Source: an uncultured virus (IMG/VR IMGVR_UViG_3300024235_000284)
Lineage: Duplodnaviria; Heunggongvirae; Uroviricota; Caudoviricetes
Length of the DNA stretch: 20,000 bases
Direction: 5' to 3' (one strand)
Virus record (IMG/VR): IMGVR_UViG_3300024235_000284
Shown: piece after piece, positions 1 through 6,394 of the stretch
Layout: every line of letters starts with the position of its first letter
How positions within the stretch are numbered: position 1 is the first letter of the stretch
Made by a program: the position numbers and the translations under genes
The notes under the pieces: generated by a model
Told to the model about the DNA's origin: nothing
Seen by the model: only the letters and a program-made list of their open reading frames with translations
Databases searched by the model: none

Positions 1-2
1 AT

Positions 3-704
3 GCTATACGACAAGAAATACACAAAGACCTAGGCTTCACAGCAGAGGACCGCTTGGAACATGCCAGGAGACTAGGCAAACTGAGCGACTGGGCCAGCAT
101 GGGTGGAAATTATGTTGTGGCTGATTTTGTGTGTCCTACTGCGGAGACACGAGAGGCTTTTGATGCTCACTGGGTCATCTGGGTGGACAGAATACAAGAG
201 GGTAGATACGAAGACACCAACAAGTTGTTCCAGCCACCAACAGATGCAGATGTGGTGCTCAAAGATGGTTCACCGGATGAATGGTGTAATCAAGTGATGG
301 AATGTATCAACAAATCAGAGCAATGGGATAATCAAGCACCCACCGCACTTCTGATAGGTAGGTATCAGCCGTTTCATGTGGGTCATAAAACTCTTGTGGC
401 GGAGGCGGTCAGACGCACTGGTCAATGCTGCATAGCGTTGCGAGACGTTGGAGGTATGGATGATAATAATCCATATGACTTTGAAAAGGTCAAAGCAGAG
501 ATATACGCTGCATGTGCTGAATTCGGTGACAAGATCAAAGTGATCGAGATACCCAACATAATGGATGTTTTTTACGGGCGAGGTGTTGGATATAACATCG
601 AGCAGCTTGAGCTGAGCAAAGAGTTACAAGAAGTGAGTGCCACTAAGATTCGAGCTGGTGAGATTGGACAGGATGGAAAACCAACTGGAAAACGACCAGA
701 ATAA
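3..704 (+). CDS. 5'-truncated adenylylsulfate-kinase-like P-loop kinase fused to an HxGH nucleotidyl(cytidylyl)transferase domain
   Basis: The frame is open from position 3 (AIRQEIHKDLGFTAEDRLEHARR), matching the APS-kinase D..R...DLGF..EDR.E..RR motif. The C-terminal half has IGRYQPFHVGH (HxGH) and the SATKIR end motif of the CTP-transferase superfamily. The start lies upstream of the window. Confidence 0.8.
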   Translation, partial: AIRQEIHKDLGFTAEDRLEHARRLGKLSDWASMGGNYVVADFVCPTAETREAFDAHWVIWVDRIQEGRYEDTNKLFQPPTDADVVLKDGSPDEWCNQVMECINKSEQWDNQAPTALLIGRYQPFHVGHKTLVAEAVRRTGQCCIALRDVGGMDDNNPYDFEKVKAEIYAACAEFGDKIKVIEIPNIMDVFYGRGVGYNIEQLELSKELQEVSATKIRAGEIGQDGKPTGKRPE

Positions 705-710
705 TAAATA
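703..710 (+). promoter_or_regulatory. T4-like late promoter variant AATAAATA
   Basis: AATAAATA, 5 nt, then ATG at 716. Confidence 0.55.
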
Positions 711-715
711 TTACC

Positions 716-925
716 ATGAATGAACATCTATTTCAAATGTTGAAGTGTTCTGCAGAAGCAGACAAATCAAAAGCTGAATTGTCGTTGAAGATTTTGAGCG
801 ACAGTTGTGTTGGTATTGGAGATCATAGCACCAAAGATCTATGGGACAATGCCGAGGAGGCCTTGGCGTTGCTCGAGAATGCCACAAGTAGATTGGAGTT
901 GTTGGAAAAGTTAGATGCAAACTGA
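716..925 (+). CDS. small helical phage hypothetical protein (VGIGDH motif)
   Basis: 69-aa ORF downstream of a late-promoter box and overlapping the next gene. Confidence 0.7.
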   Translation: MNEHLFQMLKCSAEADKSKAELSLKILSDSCVGIGDHSTKDLWDNAEEALALLENATSRLELLEKLDAN

Positions 926-1289
926 AAAGAAAAACACTATGTTCTGTGACATTGACGGGACATTGTTCAAATATCGTAAATTTGAGACATACAAAACGTC
1001 TGATCCAGAGTTGCTGGATGGTGTGAAAGAGAAGATGGATCAATGGAAATCAGATGGACATATGATCATACTGACCACCGCGCGCCCAGAATATTTGCGA
1101 GAGCATACAGTCAAGGAGCTTGAGCTACATGATTTACCGTATGATAGACTCATAATGGAGATTGAGCGAGGTCCTAGATACTTAATCAATGACATGGATC
1201 CTGGTAAACCTGGAGAACGAGCCATCGGAATCAACTTGATCCGGGACCATGGTCTCGGGTCTCATGATTGGTCCGGATTGGAAATGTGA
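915..1289 (+). CDS. HAD-superfamily phosphatase (capless, PNKP-C/capsule-phosphatase-like)
   Basis: Motif I FCDIDGTL, motif II IILTTAR, C-terminal LIND. Confidence 0.85.
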   Translation: MQTEKKNTMFCDIDGTLFKYRKFETYKTSDPELLDGVKEKMDQWKSDGHMIILTTARPEYLREHTVKELELHDLPYDRLIMEIERGPRYLINDMDPGKPGERAIGINLIRDHGLGSHDWSGLEM

Positions 1290-1699
1290 TGAGTGTTGGA
1301 TTCACATGTGGAGCAATGGATCTGTTGCATGCCGGTCACGTCTTGATGTTAGCTGACTGTCGGAGCAAATGTGATCACCTGATCGTAGGATTACACACCA
1401 ACCCGCAGCTTGATCGTCCGGGTAAAAACAAGCCGATACAATCGTTAATAGAACGCTACATACAGCTGCAAGGATGTAAATATGTTGATCAGATTATACC
1501 GTATGAAACAGAAGCTGATCTTATCGAGATTCTCAAATCAGTACCAATTGATGTGAGGTTTGTTGGTGCGGATTGGAAGGATAAACCATACACAGGTCAT
1601 GAGATAGACAAAATAAACGTACAATACAACACAAGAGATCATGATTACAGTAGTTCTGGTTTGAGAACACGAATCGCTCAAGCGCAACAGAATAAGTAA
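1289..1699 (+). CDS. glycerol-3-phosphate cytidylyltransferase-like (TagD family) nucleotidyltransferase
   Basis: GFTCGAMDLLHAGH (HxGH), LIVGL, R.H.YSSS.LR. The start is placed at ATG 1289, which forms a TGATG overlap with the upstream stop. Confidence 0.85.
   Translation: MSVGFTCGAMDLLHAGHVLMLADCRSKCDHLIVGLHTNPQLDRPGKNKPIQSLIERYIQLQGCKYVDQIIPYETEADLIEILKSVPIDVRFVGADWKDKPYTGHEIDKINVQYNTRDHDYSSSGLRTRIAQAQQNK
1691..1698 (+). promoter_or_regulatory. possible late promoter variant AATAAGTA
   Basis: Same 5-nt spacing to a start codon (GTG 1704) as the other boxes. Confidence 0.35.
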
Positions 1700-1703
1700 T
1701 CAT

Positions 1704-1850
1704 GTGAACCATGAAAGTAATGAGCAATTATTAAAACGTTACCAGCGCGCGTTGAAGCGAATTCAATGGTTGGAACAGGAGGTCATGAGATTGAAAATGA
1801 TCCTGGAAGGTGTAGATGTGATGAAAAACTCACTTCCCACAAAAAAGTAG
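1704..1850 (+). CDS. 48-aa coiled-coil small protein (not in ORF track)
   Basis: GTG start; MNHESNEQLLKRYQRALKRIQWLEQEVMRLKMILEGVDVMKNSLPTKK*. Heptad pattern; fills the intergenic gap. Confidence 0.55.
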   Translation: MNHESNEQLLKRYQRALKRIQWLEQEVMRLKMILEGVDVMKNSLPTKK

Positions 1851-1851
1851 C

Positions 1852-1880
1852 TTGATTTCTAGCAACAAATTATATATAAT
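1852..1880 (+). promoter_or_regulatory. sigma70-type (early) promoter
   Basis: TTGATT (1852-1857)-N17-TATAAT (1875-1880) with an A-tract just upstream. Confidence 0.75.
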
Positions 1881-1897
1881 AGAGGAACATAACTATT

Positions 1898-2548
1898 ATG
1901 AAGACAAAACTAATAATCGCTGCACTTGCATGTGCATTGTCTATCAACGCTGCCCAAGCGGACGTACAAAGTTCGCTAGGAGTTAAGCATACCTCTGATT
2001 ACTATTATCGAGGTGCTCAACTGTCACAAGACGCGTTGCAACTAAACGTAGGTGTCAACACCACAATGTCCGGTTTGGATGTATCTGTTGGATACTTGAC
2101 AAACCAGGCCGCGGATGACACAAACACCGACACACTGTCGCTACAGATTGGAAAAACCGTGCTAGATAAAAGATTGAATCTAGTTGCTGGTGTTTACAAT
2201 ATGGACGCTGATGGCTCACCGGATCACACACAAGTATATATAGGCGGCAGTCTGAATGTATTGTTGAGTCCAACTGTCACGGTTTTTCGTGACACAAGTG
2301 ACGATCTGTACACATACGAGTTCGGAGTCTATCATGGCTTTGACGTCGGTGGTGCGGATTTGACTCTTGGAGCAGCAGTAGGCCGTACAGAGTTGACAAG
2401 TGTGCTAGACCGTGATTACGGATCGGTCAGTGCTCGTTTGAGCAAAACGATTGGTGCTGTGACTCCACATGTACAAGTTGCGTTGGTTGATTCTGACATC
2501 ACTTCACGTGAAACTGTTGTTTGTCTAGGAGTGGACTTCAAGTTCTAG
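1898..2548 (+). CDS. outer-membrane beta-barrel protein, TorF/Gcw_chp (TIGR02001)-like putative porin
   Basis: Sec signal ending AQA-D; SDYYYRG motif near the mature N-terminus; alternating amphipathic beta-strands; C-terminal GVDFKF (BAM beta-signal). Confidence 0.75.
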   Translation: MKTKLIIAALACALSINAAQADVQSSLGVKHTSDYYYRGAQLSQDALQLNVGVNTTMSGLDVSVGYLTNQAADDTNTDTLSLQIGKTVLDKRLNLVAGVYNMDADGSPDHTQVYIGGSLNVLLSPTVTVFRDTSDDLYTYEFGVYHGFDVGGADLTLGAAVGRTELTSVLDRDYGSVSARLSKTIGAVTPHVQVALVDSDITSRETVVCLGVDFKF

Positions 2549-2565
2549 TAGCTGGGTATTTTATT

Positions 2566-2799
2566 ATGAAAGAAACACTAGAAACATTCAAAGGTCTCAT
2601 CTGGGGCGTCACTTCGGTGCTCGTGTCAGCATTAGGCCTGCTGGTTGTTGCACAAGCCGTATTCGGTGAAGCAGCCAGTGTTAACGTTATTGGTAACCTG
2701 CAAGGGATTATCAACGGGTTTGTCGGAGAAGGAGCAAGCCTGGCAGGGGTGATCACATTACTTCTTGTGGTAGCATTGCTACAGAAGAAGAAAGAGTAA
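2566..2799 (+). CDS. small two-TM membrane protein
   Basis: ATG 2566; 77 aa with two hydrophobic helices and a basic tail KKKE. Confidence 0.75.
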   Translation: MKETLETFKGLIWGVTSVLVSALGLLVVAQAVFGEAASVNVIGNLQGIINGFVGEGASLAGVITLLLVVALLQKKKE

Positions 2800-2824
2800 A
2801 TATTAAACAGTTTACCCTGATCTG

Positions 2825-2855
2825 GCTCGAGTTCGTGAGAACTCGAGCTTTTTTT
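2825..2855 (+). terminator. Rho-independent terminator
   Basis: GCTCGAGTTC-GTGA-GAACTCGAGC perfect 10-bp stem, GNRA loop, followed by T7. Confidence 0.9.
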
Positions 2856-2864
2856 ATGTTTATA

Positions 2865-2872
2865 TATAAATA
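2865..2872 (+). promoter_or_regulatory. T4-like late promoter TATAAATA
   Basis: Perfect consensus, 5 nt before ATG 2878. Confidence 0.75.
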
Positions 2873-2877
2873 CTTGC

Positions 2878-3120
2878 ATGATTTTAGAGCCAGAAAAATT
2901 AGTTTTAATTGTGATAGGTCTTGTGGTTTCAATAATTACATATTTTATAAAAAAGGAGAGTAACAAGCTTCAAAAACTTGGAGATGATGTGCGGAAGTTA
3001 CAGAACGAGTTGACTAAGAACACATGTAAGGATCAAGAACGTTGGTATTGGATAAATAAGCGTATGGAAGATCGGCGTGACGATTGTAAGAAATTATACG
3101 ACCTGGTCAATAAACGTTAA
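2878..3120 (+). CDS. single-TM plus coiled-coil small protein (possibly holin-like)
   Basis: N-terminal hydrophobic helix followed by a charged coiled coil. Convergent with a lysozyme-like gene; the stops overlap at TTAA 3117-3120. Confidence 0.65.
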   Translation: MILEPEKLVLIVIGLVVSIITYFIKKESNKLQKLGDDVRKLQNELTKNTCKDQERWYWINKRMEDRRDDCKKLYDLVNKR

Positions 3121-3674
3121 TCGTCCCACCCACTAGCGATCCATTTGGCAGCAGCCATTGTGGCGCCGAGCACATCATATCTCTCTAGACCTCTGGTCCA
3201 TTTTTGTTTGTCGAACTGTTGTGCGTTTCGTAACGCATTTTCACCGAAGTGCTTGTGAAACTTGCTTCCAAAATACGCACCACTGTTCTTCACTAGATCC
3301 ATTGCGGTTGCTGGTTCCACCTGCCAATAACTTCTAGCAGGACCACCACCAACTTGCACTTTGGTTCGATATCCACTCTCAACAGCTCCGGTGTGTCTCA
3401 GGTATTTCACTAGTTGTTCATGAGTCTTTCCTTCATCACCCGCGAAGATACTAGCAGCAATCTGTATGGCTCGTTCGGCCTCCGGAGGCACGGTGTAATT
3501 GCTGTCTATCACTTGTTGAGCTCGCCGCTCTTTGGCTGGATCGTTGCTAGTCTGATAATTCTTGCTCCAATCATCAACAAATCCGCCATGCAAGCTGCTA
3601 GCTGTCATCGCCGCAGCACCCATCATGCTACCCAATCGACCTTCGTTCACACAATACTGTTTAAATGTCTTCAT
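3117..3674 (-). CDS. lysozyme-fold (lytic transglycosylase-like) protein with a T4 capsid-targeting-like N-terminus
   Basis: AVESG (putative catalytic Glu) ... GGGPARSYWQVEPAT resembles the SLT ES...A.G..Q..P.T motifs; N-terminus MKTFKQYCVNE. Confidence 0.65.
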   Translation of the reverse strand: MKTFKQYCVNEGRLGSMMGAAAMTASSLHGGFVDDWSKNYQTSNDPAKERRAQQVIDSNYTVPPEAERAIQIAASIFAGDEGKTHEQLVKYLRHTGAVESGYRTKVQVGGGPARSYWQVEPATAMDLVKNSGAYFGSKFHKHFGENALRNAQQFDKQKWTRGLERYDVLGATMAAAKWIASGWDD

Positions 3675-3817
3675 TTTGTGGCTTCTAGCTTGTCACCAGC
3701 TTTCTTAGCAGCTTTGTATGCTTTGCTACCTTTCTTGGCACTCTTGCCTCCGCGTTTTTTCTTGGCGTTGATGTTGGCCCACAAGCCTTCAGTGTAGAAT
3801 TCTTTGAACGTTTTCAT
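3671..3817 (-). CDS. 48-aa Lys-rich putative internal head protein (not in ORF track)
   Basis: MKTFKEFYTEGLWANINAKKKRGGKSAKKGSKAYKAAKKAGDKLEATK*. ATGA overlap with the next gene; N-terminus resembles T4 IPI MKTFKEF. Confidence 0.75.
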   Translation of the reverse strand: MKTFKEFYTEGLWANINAKKKRGGKSAKKGSKAYKAAKKAGDKLEATK

Positions 3818-3834
3818 CAGTCACCAGGCCCAGG

Positions 3835-4635
3835 TCAGTCAGTTGGATCCGATCGGAATTTAGGTCCACCGTCACCATCAGCATCTGCATCTCCGCTCTT
3901 GAGAGCACCGCTCTTGGTGTAGTGTTTGCCTTTAGGTGCTCCACGAGTTTCGTGTAATGAACCACCTAGATCAGAAAGAGCCATGGCAAGAAAACGCTTG
4001 ATTTCATATTCATGCTCCGGATCCAATTGATCCTTATACTTGATGATCATGCCGGCTAAATCTTCGATTGAATAGCGCTCGAATGTTTCTGGTTGCTCGG
4101 TTTGTACTGGTTCAGATTCTGTTATTTCTAATTGGTCTGTTGTCGTGACTGCCTCATATTTAGATAGGGCTTGATCCCACATGTAGTTAGTGTCATCCTC
4201 ATCCTCAATGCCGAGATGGTTCGACAAATCATCGCGGAATCCACCATCCTCGATGTAACCTATCAGCGAGTCTCCGTCCGGGAATTCAGGTTGGTTCCGA
4301 AAGAATCGGAGGTATTTCTGTTCCAATTCACGCAGTATTTCTTCATGTTCCTTCTTCCCACGCATTCTATCGAAAGTGTCTGCTGCTTGCATGATTAGTT
4401 TGTCCATCGCACCGACTGATTCATTCAAATCAGCCTCACCACCTTGATCTAACTCCTTATCAACCTTTTCTTCATAACCTCGACCGCTGCACATCTTTTC
4501 CGCTTCAGCGCGGGAGTAACCATCACTCATGTAATCTCTAACACAGTCATACATCTCTTCCTCCACTATATCGTTACTACCTCTCTTGTTAACATAATTT
4601 TCCCATATAAGTTGCGTATCTTTATTTTCACTCAT
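3835..4635 (-). CDS. acidic hypothetical protein, putative head core/internal protein
   Basis: 266 aa, E/D-rich, N-terminal DTQLIWENY, several [ILV]xE sites; late-promoter box upstream. Confidence 0.7.
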   Translation of the reverse strand: MSENKDTQLIWENYVNKRGSNDIVEEEMYDCVRDYMSDGYSRAEAEKMCSGRGYEEKVDKELDQGGEADLNESVGAMDKLIMQAADTFDRMRGKKEHEEILRELEQKYLRFFRNQPEFPDGDSLIGYIEDGGFRDDLSNHLGIEDEDDTNYMWDQALSKYEAVTTTDQLEITESEPVQTEQPETFERYSIEDLAGMIIKYKDQLDPEHEYEIKRFLAMALSDLGGSLHETRGAPKGKHYTKSGALKSGDADADGDGGPKFRSDPTD

Positions 4636-4640
4636 ATATT
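4612..4640 (+). promoter_or_regulatory. possible sigma70-type promoter for uvsE
   Basis: TTGCGT (4612-4617)-N17-TATATT (4635-4640), 9 nt before ATG 4650. Confidence 0.4.
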
Positions 4641-4648
4641 TATTTAGT
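4641..4648 (-). promoter_or_regulatory. late promoter variant ACTAAATA
   Basis: Minus strand ACTAAATA, 5 nt, then ATG at 4635. Confidence 0.55.
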
Positions 4649-4649
4649 C

Positions 4650-5615
4650 ATGTATAACCTATGTTGCATCAGTTTAACACTAAAAAAATCCGGTTCGAAT
4701 CATCGTGCCATGAGATTCAATCAATTTGAGAAGCATTCTAGGAGTGAATCACTTGAGACATTAGGGAGTCGATCGCTAGAAAATCTACAAACCACACTAG
4801 ACACGATGCGGTTCGCGCGGAAGAGAGGGTGGGGGTATCGTATAAGCAGCACGTTGTTTCCCTTGTTCAATCTGGATAAGGCTAATGTGTGTCTTGATGA
4901 TCTTCCAAATGCCACGCTGATTCATGATAAATTTCACGAGATACACTCTTTTATGTCTGACCAGTCACCTGAAGATTTCCGTATCAGTTTTCATCCAGAT
5001 CACTTTAACGTGCTGTGTAGTGCCAATGCTGAAGTGGTGAGGAGAACCATCAACGAGCTTGACCATCACGCCTGGTTGATGGATAACTTCGCCGGGGTGG
5101 ATAGCAGAAGCTATTGGTATCCGCTGAACATTCATATGAGTCGTAGTGCAGGTGACCCGGAAGTTATTGCTAAAGAGTTCATATCCAACTACCAGAAACT
5201 CCCGGAACGAGTCCGGGCGCGGTTGGTATTAGAAAATGAAGACAAAGGCGTATGGACCCCAGACATGTTGTTTGAATTGATTCACCTGGAAACAGGTATA
5301 CCCATAACATATGACAATCTTCATCACCGGTGTAATCCCGGGCTATGGGGCATCGAAGAAGCGTTTCGTGTGTGTTGTAGCACCTGGAAAGCTCATGGTG
5401 TTAACCCTTTGTTTCACTACAGTGAGGGAGGAGCGAACAACAATCCAAGAGCACATACAGATTTTGCCACCAGCTCTCCAGTGTTATGGCGATCAGAGTA
5501 TGACAGTTCGTACACAAGAGACATGCACGTGGATTGGGATATTGAGATTAAACAAAAAGATTACGCCATAGATCACATGGTACAAATAGAGGAAAAGTCG
5601 CTTCATGCGATATAA
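4650..5615 (+). CDS. uvsE: UV DNA damage endonuclease UvsE/UVDE
   Basis: LCCIS, YRISS.LFP, RISFHPDHFNVL, LNIH, RLVLENEDK, PITYDNLHH, PLFHYSE, RAHTD, DIEIKQKDYA. Confidence 0.92.
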   Translation: MYNLCCISLTLKKSGSNHRAMRFNQFEKHSRSESLETLGSRSLENLQTTLDTMRFARKRGWGYRISSTLFPLFNLDKANVCLDDLPNATLIHDKFHEIHSFMSDQSPEDFRISFHPDHFNVLCSANAEVVRRTINELDHHAWLMDNFAGVDSRSYWYPLNIHMSRSAGDPEVIAKEFISNYQKLPERVRARLVLENEDKGVWTPDMLFELIHLETGIPITYDNLHHRCNPGLWGIEEAFRVCCSTWKAHGVNPLFHYSEGGANNNPRAHTDFATSSPVLWRSEYDSSYTRDMHVDWDIEIKQKDYAIDHMVQIEEKSLHAI

Positions 5616-5618
5616 ATA
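5611..5618 (+). promoter_or_regulatory. T4-like late promoter TATAAATA
   Basis: Perfect consensus overlapping the uvsE stop, 6 nt before ATG 5625. Confidence 0.7.
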
Positions 5619-5624
5619 CATTAT

Positions 5625-6344
5625 ATGAAGGATATGGATTCGAAATTAATATACGAAAGGTTCAACTCACTGATAAATGAACAAAATAATATCACTAGTG
5701 ACAAGCAAGTAGTGTTGAATGGCCTCGAGCAGATTGGTCGAATGTTACCAGATGATCAACATGTTCAATGGAAAATCACCAACGGTAGTTTCAGCGGTTT
5801 GTCACCACATGATGCTGTGATTGAATTTGAGAGTGGTGAGAATGACCCCAAACCAGGTAGCTCACTATTTCAAGGTGTGAAGCCTGGAGATGGATATTAC
5901 ACCATACAGATGTTCGAGAAGTTTCTCAGAGCATGCTGGAATGATGAGTCAGTCGCCAGAAAGCATGGTATAGAGAATGCCAGTTACTCTGCAGAAGGTA
6001 CATACAGTAAAAAGTCATTCTGGGTAGCGAATGACACACATTTCAAGGATGTTATGTCCGGGCAAGAGAGTGAAGTTTTTGATCCTCGAGGTTACCCTAC
6101 TGCAGAGTACAAAGATGAATACAAACAGTTCTACGAGAACAAATCACTGACTGAGATGTATGTAGATCAAGTGTTGAATGGTGGTCCGGTGAAGGATGAG
6201 GTGAAGGATTTGACTCCAGATAACTTCAAGTTACAGAAACACTGGCGTATATCATTATCAGCGAGATCAGAGAAGATATCAAAGGCTGCAGACGCAACAT
6301 ACGATGCGGTGGGCTACGGTAAAGGTCGATATATGGGTGATTGA
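5625..6344 (+). CDS. hypothetical protein with DxxLIYExF N-terminal motif
   Basis: 239-aa ORF behind a late promoter; C-terminal YGKGRYMGD. Confidence 0.75.
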   Translation: MKDMDSKLIYERFNSLINEQNNITSDKQVVLNGLEQIGRMLPDDQHVQWKITNGSFSGLSPHDAVIEFESGENDPKPGSSLFQGVKPGDGYYTIQMFEKFLRACWNDESVARKHGIENASYSAEGTYSKKSFWVANDTHFKDVMSGQESEVFDPRGYPTAEYKDEYKQFYENKSLTEMYVDQVLNGGPVKDEVKDLTPDNFKLQKHWRISLSARSEKISKAADATYDAVGYGKGRYMGD

Positions 6345-6378
6345 TCAGTAGAGCATTATTGTTTTAATTACATGGTGA

Positions 6379-6386
6379 TATAAATA
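6379..6386 (+). promoter_or_regulatory. T4-like late promoter TATAAATA
   Basis: Perfect consensus 8 nt before ATG 6395. Confidence 0.65.
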
Positions 6387-6394
6387 TATATAAC

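Noticed and set aside
3414..3797. 127-aa hydrophobic plus-strand ORF
   Set aside because: Antisense shadow of the Lys-rich and lysozyme-like minus-strand genes.
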